Shown: positions 20,090 to 28,176, numbered from the stretch's first letter. The stretch is 58,592 nt of DNA from an uncultured Leptolinea sp. (GCA_964457635.1 CAYWGX010000001.1:1-58592); one strand, 5' to 3'. Made by a program: numbers and translations. The notes: generated by a model from the letters alone, not told the origin.

Positions 20090-21219
20090 GATTCCTCCGC
20101 AAGGGTTCTGCAGGCACGGATGCAGCATTCGATCTCGTCAGCTGTGTTGAACGGTGAGACGGCAAAGCGGATCGTCCCGTTAGGAAAGGTACCCAGTGTC
20201 CGGTGAGCCAGAGGGGCGCAGTGCAGACCGATGCGCGTCATGATGCCCCAGCGTCTTTCGAGTTCAGCCCCGGCAATGCCGTTGTCGCAGTTATCAATGG
20301 AAATGGAAAGGACCTGTCCTCCCCCATAATAGCAGTGTAATCCCGGAATTGCAGTTAAACCTTCGTGTAGTTGAGTGATTAAGCGCTTTGATTTTTCAGC
20401 CAGCGCTTCCAGTCCCTGTTCTTCGATCCATTGCAGCCCGGCATTCAGCCCGGCAAGTCCGGCGACATTCTGGGTACCGCTTTCAAAGCGGTCGGGAAGG
20501 AATTCCGGTTGTTCAAAGCTTTCGGAAAGGCTCCCGGTACCGCCCTGAAGCAGCGGTGTGACCTGCCGCAAATCAATTCGGGAGCCGAACAGGACTCCTC
20601 CTGTACCGGTCGGCCCAAACAGACCTTTGTGCCCGGTGAAACAGAGAAAGTCAATACAGTCTTTTTCGATATCCAGCCGGGTATGCCCCGCAGACTGTGC
20701 ACAGTCCGCCAGCAGAAAAAGACCGTGCTCTCTTGCAATCTCCCCGATTTCCTTCAGCGGCTGAACAACACCGTTCACATTTGATTCATGGCAGATGAGG
20801 ATGAGCCGCGTATTCTCCCGAATCAATGATGAAATTTCGGATAGTTTTACTTTTCCGTCTGATTCTCCCGGAATAACGCTGAAATCGATCCCCATAGCGC
20901 ACAGCGGACGCATAACGGCGTTGTGCTCCATGGGACTGACGAGAACATGGTCTCCCGGGTGCAGAAATCCCTTTAAAACCAGGTTGATCGCCATAGTGAT
21001 GTTCTGCGTAAAACATACACGAAAAACATCGCTGCATCCGAAAAATTCAGCGGTGCGGTCACGGACTTCGTATAGAGTTTCACCTGCTGCGAGGGCGAGA
21101 CGATGACCTCCGCGTCCCGGATTCCCGCCGGAATTTCTGATCGCATCAGCGATCGCGTTCGGTACACAATCGGGTTTCGGCCAGCTGGTTGCTGCATTGT
21201 CAAGATAGATCATATCCAC
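20074..21219 (-). CDS. Class V aminotransferase, cysteine desulfurase/selenocysteine lyase-like
   Basis: YLDNAATSWPKP, MEHNAV, TGHKGL (PLP Lys), RIGLHCAP catalytic Cys. Confidence 0.93.
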   Translation of the reverse strand: MDMIYLDNAATSWPKPDCVPNAIADAIRNSGGNPGRGGHRLALAAGETLYEVRDRTAEFFGCSDVFRVCFTQNITMAINLVLKGFLHPGDHVLVSPMEHNAVMRPLCAMGIDFSVIPGESDGKVKLSEISSLIRENTRLILICHESNVNGVVQPLKEIGEIAREHGLFLLADCAQSAGHTRLDIEKDCIDFLCFTGHKGLFGPTGTGGVLFGSRIDLRQVTPLLQGGTGSLSESFEQPEFLPDRFESGTQNVAGLAGLNAGLQWIEEQGLEALAEKSKRLITQLHEGLTAIPGLHCYYGGGQVLSISIDNCDNGIAGAELERRWGIMTRIGLHCAPLAHRTLGTFPNGTIRFAVSPFNTADEIECCIRACRTLAEESWKEK

Positions 21220-21293
21220 TGATTATACCAAAAATAAAGCGCCCTCCCCAATGATCAGGAATTCTGAATATGGAAAGCTATTCGCATCTTATC

Positions 21294-21361
21294 AGCGCAG
21301 CATGGGGACGGTTCCGCAGTGCCGGCTGCGCGGCAGGAGCGAACCCGTCCCCGTGTGCTTC
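21294..21361. repeat. REP-like palindromic repeat, copy 1
   Basis: GGGGACGGTTC...CCGTCCCC arms with a GTGCCGGCTGCGCGGCA core; 5-6 copies in the window. Confidence 0.9.
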
Positions 21362-21408
21362 ATATTCAGAATTGCTGCCCAATGATTCGGAGAGGGCTGA
21401 TCGGAAAT

Positions 21409-21627
21409 TTATTTTGAAATGGTCAAAATAATGTCTTCACCCTTTTCCTCGATGGCAACATTGTATTTTTTCCCCTGTGCCATGCGGCGGATGTTGGCTT
21501 TTGCGGTGGCGTTATCTACCGTAACCTGAATCGGGAATTTTCCTTCATCGATCGCCTTCAGGGTCAGGTAGACCGGCTGCGGGCAGGACAGTCCGCGGGC
21601 ATCAACTTCTTTTGCTGCTTTTGCCAT
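21409..21627 (-). CDS. TusA/SirA-family sulfur (selenium) carrier
   Basis: VDARGLSCPQP motif; AGGAG RBS. Confidence 0.93.
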   Translation of the reverse strand: MAKAAKEVDARGLSCPQPVYLTLKAIDEGKFPIQVTVDNATAKANIRRMAQGKKYNVAIEEKGEDIILTISK

Positions 21628-21639
21628 AATGAATTCTCC

Positions 21640-22767
21640 TTAGTCAACTTTGTCGCGGTTGGTGAGACCGATGATGACACAAATGACCAGACCGAGGCAG
21701 ACTGCGATCATGGTTTGGGTGTTCGGCTGCCAGACTTTGATGGTTCCGTCTTCCAGAACGCTGTTGGCTGCGCCTGCCAGCCCGAAGTTGTGGCTGAATG
21801 CGGCACCGGTGATCATGCCCAGGACAAAGATGCCGGCATCCATGTCACCCTCACCGCCGAGGAACAGCTGACGTCCGGCACAGCCGCCGGCCAGGGTATA
21901 GGCAAGCCCGGAGAGGATCATGCCCAGCAGGTTCCACAGCAGGTTGCTGTGAGCAATCGGCATGTTGTCGTAACCGAATTTGAACTGACCGTAAACCAGG
22001 TTGGTCAGGAAGGCGAAAACACCGAGTGCCAAAACGCCGGAAATCAGGTGGGAATCCTTGAACATGGCTGCATCACGAATGGCTCCGACTGTGCAGAAGC
22101 GGGTCCGCTGGCAGATAAAGCCAATGATGAGCCCGGCACACAGGGAGATGATCAGCGGAGCATGCATGGAGCCCGGGCCGGATTCACTGTTGAAGATCGG
22201 ACCGGTACCGTCTGCACCGAAGCGCGGCTGGAGCAAAGCCAGAATCAAAAGGGCGATCATGATGCCCGGGAAAGCCCAGCCGGCAGCCTTTTTGCAGCTG
22301 TGGGAACGTCCAAGGTTATAACCGTTTTTCAGGAAAACAATGCCGATCAGGATACCGATGGCCAGTCCGATCAGGCCGACCAGACCGTTCATATCACCGC
22401 CGGCAAAGCGGAACCAGGCACGCCAGGGGCAGCCGAGGAAAACCAGGGCACCGACCATGGCGAAGAAGCCGAGAATGAAACGGACGATCGGGGCGGAACC
22501 TCCGCGGGCTTTGAACTCATTGAAGAGCAAAGCGGCAATCAGAGACCCCAGCACGAAGCCGATGATTTCCGGGCGGATATATTGAACAGGGGCAGCGCGG
22601 TGCAAACCCAGGGCACCGGCGATGTCACGTTCAAAACAGGCAACACAAACGCCCATATTCTTCGGGTTGCCGAATTTCTGAAGCGTAGGACCAAGGATAC
22701 CGATCACAGCACCGGTGATGATGATACCGAGCCGTGAGCTGAAGAAATCAGTCATTTTATCTTTCAT
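21640..22767 (-). CDS. yedE: YedE/YeeE-family putative selenium transporter
   Basis: GNP.NMG.C.ACF.RD, LGCP, RFCT, GGC motifs; multi-TM; selenium cluster. Confidence 0.9.
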   Translation of the reverse strand: MKDKMTDFFSSRLGIIITGAVIGILGPTLQKFGNPKNMGVCVACFERDIAGALGLHRAAPVQYIRPEIIGFVLGSLIAALLFNEFKARGGSAPIVRFILGFFAMVGALVFLGCPWRAWFRFAGGDMNGLVGLIGLAIGILIGIVFLKNGYNLGRSHSCKKAAGWAFPGIMIALLILALLQPRFGADGTGPIFNSESGPGSMHAPLIISLCAGLIIGFICQRTRFCTVGAIRDAAMFKDSHLISGVLALGVFAFLTNLVYGQFKFGYDNMPIAHSNLLWNLLGMILSGLAYTLAGGCAGRQLFLGGEGDMDAGIFVLGMITGAAFSHNFGLAGAANSVLEDGTIKVWQPNTQTMIAVCLGLVICVIIGLTNRDKVD

Positions 22768-22786
22768 GAGACAATCCTTTCTGATT

Positions 22787-22804
22787 TTGTATTTATAAAT
22801 ACAA
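22787..22804. promoter_or_regulatory. Perfect 18-bp palindrome, candidate operator in the yedE/selD divergent region
   Basis: TTGTATTTA|TAAATACAA, about 20 nt upstream of the yedE ATG. Confidence 0.55.
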
Positions 22805-22919
22805 TATTTATTTTATGAATATTCGCGTATTTTGCAAGTATTTGATATAATCTTTTCAGATAAAGTTGAGAATTGAATGTTGATCGATGAAATTTGAAGA
22901 CTGAAAGAGAGAAGGCGAT

Positions 22920-23957
22920 ATGGCGATGAAACTTACGGAATTGGCATTTTGTGCGGGATGTGCCGCAAAACTCAGGGCGGAAGTTCTAATGGATGTGATC
23001 AACCCGTTTGGCAATGTGTTCAATCAGGCAGATTACCCGGATCTGCTGATCGGTCTGGAAAAGGCGGACGATGCCGCAGTCCTGAAGCTGAACGATGAGC
23101 AGGCGCTGGTGTTTACCACGGATTTCTTCCCGCCTCCGGTCGACGATCCCTATGATTACGGGGCCGTGGCTGCTGCCAACAGCATCTCGGATATCTTTGC
23201 TATGGGCGGAAAACCGCTGATGGCGCTGAATGTTACGGCACTTCCGGCGGACCTGCCGAAAGATGTTATCTCGGAAATTTTCCGGGGCGGCGCAGAGAAG
23301 GCCAAAGAAGCCGGTTGTCCGATCGTCGGAGGTCACACCATACGCGATAATGAACCGAAGTACGGACTGGCTGTGGTCGGCATGGTCCATCCGGACAAGA
23401 TCCTCTATAAAGGGCATCTCAGCGTCGGAGATAAGATGGTACTGACCAAGCCCATCGGCTTCGGTGTGACGGTGACAGCTTCCAAAGTCGGACTGGCAGA
23501 TGAAGAAGATCTGAATTCGGTGATCAACTGGATGAAGACGCTGAACAAGACCGCCTCTGAATTGGCGGTGGAATTCGGCAGTCATTCCGGTACGGATGTG
23601 ACCGGGTTCAGCCTGATGGGCCACAGCTGGGAAATGATACGGGGCACGGATCTCGGACTGCGTTATAACTATGATGACATTCCCTTTGTCCCCCATTATG
23701 AAAAATATATGGAAATGGGCATGTTCTCTGCCGGAGCAAACGAAAATTACAATTTCTACATCGATAAAGTCCGTTTCGCTGAAAGGATCGACGAAAACCA
23801 TCAGATGATGCTCTTTGACCCGCAGACCAGCGGCGGGCTGCTGTTGGGCATTCATCCGGATAAAATTGATGCTTTCCTTGCAAAAGCAGCCTCGCTCGGT
23901 CAGTTCGCCCGCGTGATCGGAGAAGTCGTCCCGGAAGCAGGCATTGAGGTGCTTTGA
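22920..23957 (+). CDS. selD: Selenide, water dikinase (Cys-type)
   Basis: GCAAK active-site loop, DDAAV, TTDFFPP, ANSISDIFAMGG, GGHT, DVTGF, DPQTSGGLL. Confidence 0.97.
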   Translation: MAMKLTELAFCAGCAAKLRAEVLMDVINPFGNVFNQADYPDLLIGLEKADDAAVLKLNDEQALVFTTDFFPPPVDDPYDYGAVAAANSISDIFAMGGKPLMALNVTALPADLPKDVISEIFRGGAEKAKEAGCPIVGGHTIRDNEPKYGLAVVGMVHPDKILYKGHLSVGDKMVLTKPIGFGVTVTASKVGLADEEDLNSVINWMKTLNKTASELAVEFGSHSGTDVTGFSLMGHSWEMIRGTDLGLRYNYDDIPFVPHYEKYMEMGMFSAGANENYNFYIDKVRFAERIDENHQMMLFDPQTSGGLLLGIHPDKIDAFLAKAASLGQFARVIGEVVPEAGIEVL

Positions 23958-23992
23958 TTTGTTAATATTGTGGTATCCGATACAGAAGTTTT

Positions 23993-24060
23993 GAAGCACA
24001 TAGGGACGGTTCCGCAGTGCCGGCTTCGCGGCATCAACGGAACCGTCCCCATGTTGCGCT
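23993..24060. repeat. REP-like palindromic repeat, copy 2
   Basis: GAAGCACATAGGGACGGTTCC...GGAACCGTCCCCATG. Confidence 0.9.
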
Positions 24061-24178
24061 AATAATGTTGGGATAATTTTCTATATTCAAAATTACGTTA
24101 TCCGGAAAACTGTCGACGCTTTGAAACATAAAATGTGTTATACTGGAATCAGCGTATTGATTTTCAGGGAGGTTGAAT

Positions 24179-24733
24179 ATGAAAAAAATCATGCTCGTGG
24201 TTTTGGCAGTTTTGATGCTTACATTCGCAGCCGCATCTGCACAGGAAATTGCTGCTGGTGAACAAACACTGAATTTTGTCACAATTGGCGATATGTTTTC
24301 CTGGGATACATCGGCTGAGGATATCTACAATCAGTTGAACGCGTACGAAAACTTCGAAATCGAAGTCAGCACAGATGAAAAGTACGGCAATATCATTACT
24401 GCCATCTCGCAGACTGATGAGGAATACTTTGTTTATGTTTTCTATTTTGACGAAAACACTGAAAAGCTCTGGGAAATAGAATGTGTGGCAGTATTGTTTG
24501 ACGGAAATCAGGTGATCCCGGCGTTTCAGGCTCTATATGAAGCTTACAGATTGGATCAGGCTGATCCTTATGAAAATAATACTGCCCTGAACAATTATGC
24601 TGCTGATTACGATTCAGCTTATATTGCTGCCGGAGATTACACCATTGCGCTGCTTGCAGGCAGTGAGGAAACAGAGCTCTCTTATGGAAAAATTGCCCTC
24701 CTGCTGATCGATCGGGAATATTTCGAGAGTTAA
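24179..24733 (+). CDS. Secreted acidic hypothetical protein
   Basis: GGAGG RBS before ATG 24179; signal peptide ending ASA; extended -10 TGTTATACT upstream. Confidence 0.8.
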   Translation: MKKIMLVVLAVLMLTFAAASAQEIAAGEQTLNFVTIGDMFSWDTSAEDIYNQLNAYENFEIEVSTDEKYGNIITAISQTDEEYFVYVFYFDENTEKLWEIECVAVLFDGNQVIPAFQALYEAYRLDQADPYENNTALNNYAADYDSAYIAAGDYTIALLAGSEETELSYGKIALLLIDREYFES

Positions 24734-24774
24734 AGAAACACTAATTAATATGTGCAGTGTTTCCATAAAGAAAT

Positions 24775-24802
24775 AGAGGGACTCTTTTGCGGGTCCTTTT
24801 TT
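24775..24802. terminator. Probable bidirectional terminator between convergent genes
   Basis: AGAGGGACTC...GGGTCCTTTTTT hairpin. Confidence 0.6.
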
Positions 24803-25354
24803 CTATTCCTTTCCTTCAAGATGCACCATCACAGGCGTGATCCCGAGAGCCGGAAGGATGATATCTGTCAAATCTTTTGTGGCAAGTCGGAGCGAACTTG
24901 TGTTTTCGCAGGGGTGGCAGCCGAAATATTCTTCCTTCAGCACGTCTTCATCAATGATGAGCGTCACCCGGTGATTTTTGTCATTCATCAATCCCAGGAC
25001 CGATACGCTGCCCGGGTGGATATCAAGGAATTCTTCCATGTATCTCTCTTCCGCAAAAGACAGTCGGCTGATCCCCATCTGCCCGGAAAGCTCTTTGGTT
25101 TTGAAGATTTTGTCACCGGGCATGACAAGAAGGTAAAATTTTGTCTTCTGACGGTTGCAGAGAAACAGATTTTTGCAAATTCGGACATCCAGAACAGCAT
25201 CCACTTCATCACAGACCTCCATGGATGTTGCGGGGCGGTCCGGATGATCGGTACGGGTGAACGGAATGCCAAGATTATCGAGAAACTGATACGTTCTGAT
25301 TTCTCTTTCGCTGCGGCCTGTCATATCTGCCGGTGATCCGTGAAGTAGTTCCAT
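24803..25354 (-). CDS. Prolyl-tRNA synthetase-associated (YbaK/ProXp-ala type) editing protein
   Basis: ICKNLFL, RLSFA, PGSVSVLGL, CHPCENT motifs. Confidence 0.9.
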   Translation of the reverse strand: MELLHGSPADMTGRSEREIRTYQFLDNLGIPFTRTDHPDRPATSMEVCDEVDAVLDVRICKNLFLCNRQKTKFYLLVMPGDKIFKTKELSGQMGISRLSFAEERYMEEFLDIHPGSVSVLGLMNDKNHRVTLIIDEDVLKEEYFGCHPCENTSSLRLATKDLTDIILPALGITPVMVHLEGKE

Positions 25355-25450
25355 ATTTTTCCTATCCTTTCGTTCGGTAATTAATGCCGGATATGAATCA
25401 TACCATAATCCTTTTTATTTGCAGATATTTATCGATTATTAAACATTTGA

Positions 25451-25517
25451 GTAACTGTTCAGTACCCGGCAGCTCTCAGTATTGAGCCAGAGGGGACTGT
25501 CCCTTCTGAACAGTTAC
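25451..25517. mobile_element. 67-bp MITE with perfect 12-bp TIRs and 8-bp target-site duplication
   Basis: ACATTTGA|GTAACTGTTCAG...CTGAACAGTTAC|ACATTTGA. Confidence 0.85.
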
Positions 25518-25632
25518 ACATTTGACAGATTCTCATGGCTGACCATACCAATTCGACCGGTGTTGTCGATTCATGAGGTATAATTTTATTTATAGAGAAG
25601 TACGATAATGATACGGAAAAGATAGAGGTGTT

Positions 25633-26928
25633 ATGGGCGGTCTGTTTCAAAAGTTAAATCGATCAAAAATCTTTCGGGATTTAAACGAACAGGAATTTTC
25701 CTGGGTGCTTTATGATGTCGGAAACTCGGCATATACCATGCTGGCCTGTTCCCTGATCCCGATTTGGTTCAAGAATATTGCGATCGGGACAAACCCGGGG
25801 CAGATCAGCGGTGATAATGCAACAGCTTATTATTCCCTGGCGATTTCGATCACGACAGTCATTGTTGCCCTGATCGGGCCGGTCATCGGCACATTGGCCG
25901 ATCATAAAGACCGTCGAAAAGTCATGTTCAATACGGTTGTTGCATGCGGTGTCATGTTGTGTGTTGCCAACGGATTTGTCAATGCCTGGCTTCCGTTTTT
26001 GATCATCTTTGTGCTGACAAGGATCTTTTATACCTCAGCCAACATGATCTATGACTCCATGCTGAACGATGTAACAACGGAAGAACGTGCGGACCAGGTT
26101 TCCTCCTATGGCTATGCCTGGGGCTATATCGGTTCCTGTATTCCTTTCCTTGTGGCATTGATCGCTTATGTGATGGGACCGGACATGCTGGGAAAGATTT
26201 CCGAGAGCCTGAGCAAGATCATCGGATTCGGTGTGACCGCCTTATGGTGGGCTTTTGTGACCATTCCGCTGCTGAATAATTACCGCCAGAAGAATTATGT
26301 GGATGACAAAAGCATCACGGTCGGTTCCGTCTTTAAGAAGATTTTTAACACCTTTGCGAACATTTTCCGGAAAGACAAAAAAGTGCTCTTCTTCCTGATC
26401 GCGTTCTTCCTTTACATCGACGGGGTCGGTACGATCATCGACAACTGCATCAATATCGGTACAGACCTTGGCCTGCCTACTGTCGGACAGGTCGTCTTCC
26501 TGCTGGCTACACAGGTCGTCGCCTGGATCGGATCCCTGGTGTTTGCCCGCTTGTCTAAAAAACATGATACCGTGCGCTTGATCCTGGTCTGTATTTTCGG
26601 CTATTTCTGTGTTTGTCTTTATGCCTTGACATTGAAGACGCTGCTGCATTTTGGCATTCTTGCCTTTGGCGTGGGGTGTTTCCAGGGCTCCATCCAGTCT
26701 CTGAGCCGCTCTTATTATGCGAAAATTATCCCGGTCGAGAATTCTTCCGAATATTTCGGGATCTATGATATCTTCAGCAAAGGAGCTTCCTTCCTGGGTT
26801 CTGCTTTGATCGCAGCAGTGAAATTGGCAGGCGGCACGATCAATGTGGCTGTAGCCTCCATGGCGATTTTCTTCGCTCTGGGGTTCGTGTTCCTTATCAT
26901 TGCCGACAAACAGCCTGCGATTCGCTGA
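25633..26928 (+). CDS. MFS transporter (UMF1/Atg22-like)
   Basis: SWVLYDVGNSAY, YDSML.DV, SSYGYAWGYIG, QSLSRSY, EYFGIY motifs; about 12 TMs. Confidence 0.92.
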   Translation: MGGLFQKLNRSKIFRDLNEQEFSWVLYDVGNSAYTMLACSLIPIWFKNIAIGTNPGQISGDNATAYYSLAISITTVIVALIGPVIGTLADHKDRRKVMFNTVVACGVMLCVANGFVNAWLPFLIIFVLTRIFYTSANMIYDSMLNDVTTEERADQVSSYGYAWGYIGSCIPFLVALIAYVMGPDMLGKISESLSKIIGFGVTALWWAFVTIPLLNNYRQKNYVDDKSITVGSVFKKIFNTFANIFRKDKKVLFFLIAFFLYIDGVGTIIDNCINIGTDLGLPTVGQVVFLLATQVVAWIGSLVFARLSKKHDTVRLILVCIFGYFCVCLYALTLKTLLHFGILAFGVGCFQGSIQSLSRSYYAKIIPVENSSEYFGIYDIFSKGASFLGSALIAAVKLAGGTINVAVASMAIFFALGFVFLIIADKQPAIR

Positions 26929-26978
26929 TGGTCACAGTACTGTGAAAGTCAGCCTCTACCTGGACTGACCGCACACGT

Positions 26979-27046
26979 GAAGCACATTGGGGACGGTTTT
27001 TCTGCTGCCGTGCAGCCGGCACTGAAGAACCGTCCCCATGTGCGCT
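26979..27046. repeat. REP-like palindromic repeat, copy 3
   Basis: GAAGCACATTGGGGACGGTT...GAACCGTCCCCATGTGCGC. Confidence 0.9.
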
Positions 27047-27250
27047 CATTATTTCAAGTCAGGAATCAGATTCCCAAGATGGGGCTGAATCTCCACCAAC
27101 AATGCTTCTAATAACGACATGCAGTCCCATTGCCAGATCATTCAGCCCGGGAAAAGAACATAGAAAAAAGTGATGAACGTACTTTATCATGTATAATTAT
27201 AACAAACAGTCCTGTACGGACTGATAATGTCGAGAATGGAGTGTATCGTT

Positions 27251-27625
27251 ATGGAAATGAAATTTTATCGCTGTGCTCATTGCGGTCAGATGGTCGCCAT
27301 GGTGAAGAAAGCCGCTTGCCCGATCATGTGCTGCGGTGAACCAATGAAGGAAATCGTCCCGGGAACGACTGAAGCTGCAACCGAAAAGCACATTCCTGTC
27401 GTGGAAGTTGAAGGAAACAAGGTTATCGTGAAAGTCGGTTCCGTCGCTCATCCGATGCTGCCCGAGCATTACATCGAATGGGTCGCTATTCAGACCAAAC
27501 AGGGAAATCAGCGTAAGGCGTTGAACCCCGGTGATGAACCGAAAGCCTGCTTTATGCTTTGTGAAGGCGATGAAGTGGAAGCTGCTTACGCTTACTGCAA
27601 TCTCCACAGCCTGTGGAAGTGCTGA
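27251..27625 (+). CDS. Desulfoferrodoxin (2Fe superoxide reductase)
   Basis: CAHC...CC desulforedoxin domain; EKH, HPM, HYI, CNLH active site; GGAG RBS before ATG 27251. Confidence 0.95.
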   Translation: MEMKFYRCAHCGQMVAMVKKAACPIMCCGEPMKEIVPGTTEAATEKHIPVVEVEGNKVIVKVGSVAHPMLPEHYIEWVAIQTKQGNQRKALNPGDEPKACFMLCEGDEVEAAYAYCNLHSLWKC

Positions 27626-27627
27626 GG

Positions 27628-27662
27628 TTCAGTTGTCAGTGATCAGTGTTCAGTGATCAGTT
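27628..27662 (+). repeat. Heptamer repeats (TCAGTGA/TCAGTTG type)
   Basis: TTCAGTT GTCAGTG ATCAGTG TTCAGTG ATCAGTT. Confidence 0.75.
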
Positions 27663-27710
27663 AAAGTCGGATACGCTGTGCGCGTCACAATTTTATAAAG
27701 GAGTTTTGAA

Positions 27711-27845
27711 ATGAAGTACGTTTGCCAGATTTGCGGTCATGTTTATGACGAAGAAGTCGAAGGCGTAAAATTCGCCGACCTGCCGGAAGATTGGGTCTGC
27801 CCTCTCTGCGGCGTTGACAAGAGCAACTTCGAACCCGAAGCATAA
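27711..27845 (+). CDS. Rubredoxin, 44 aa (not in the ORF track)
   Basis: Manual translation [44 protein letters not shown]; two CxxCG knuckles; AAGGAG RBS. Confidence 0.96.
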   Translation: MKYVCQICGHVYDEEVEGVKFADLPEDWVCPLCGVDKSNFEPEA

Positions 27846-27865
27846 TTTTTTTATAATTATTCGGT

Positions 27866-28015
27866 AAGCACATAGGGGACGGTTTTCTTGCTGCCGCGCA
27901 GCCGGCACAAGAGAACCGTCCCCTTGTGCGCCTTATCTTTTGTAATTGAACGCACATAGGGACGGTTCCGCAGTGCCGGCTGAACGGCAACAGCGAAACC
28001 GTCCCTATGTGCTTC
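27866..28015. repeat. Inverted doublet of REP-like repeats (copies 4 and 5: 27866-27931 and 27949-28015)
   Basis: Cores TGCCGCGCAGCCGGCAC and GTGCCGGCTGAACGGCA in opposite orientation, about 17 nt apart. Confidence 0.9.
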
Positions 28016-28028
28016 GTCTTCATGTGTC

Positions 28029-28101
28029 CATTACCACAAAATCGAACGTTTGTCAAGTGTCAACCTTGTCTGTTGCAAAATGTTCAATTATGCTGTAAAC
28101 T
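28029..28101 (+). promoter_or_regulatory. Promoter/dyad element of orphan gene A
   Basis: TTGCAA (28073)-17 bp-TAAACT (28096); imperfect dyad 28044-28085; colinear with 50488-50559 on the minus strand. Confidence 0.6.
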
Positions 28102-28176
28102 GATTGAAAATGAAGAAGTAAGAATGAAGAAATTAACTCTTACCTCTTAACTCTTAACTTTTACGGGAGGATAACG

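Noticed and set aside
18359-23957. Selenocysteine (UGA) recoding or SECIS elements in the selenium cluster
   Set aside because: All the ORFs are full length with Cys at the relevant positions; no in-frame UGA is needed.
26949-27089. Outer TCAGCC/GGCTGA arms around REP copy 3 as a second composite MITE
   Set aside because: The arms are only 6-8 bp and there is no target-site duplication; could be chance.
21294-28015. REP-like repeats as a possible CRISPR array
   Set aside because: Copies are dispersed, about 67 bp, in mixed orientation, with no regular spacers and no cas genes.
28043-28056. LexA (GAAC-N4-GTTC) box upstream of orphan gene A
   Set aside because: CGAACGTTTGTCAA has two mismatches in the second half-site, and the motif is not retained upstream of paralogue B.
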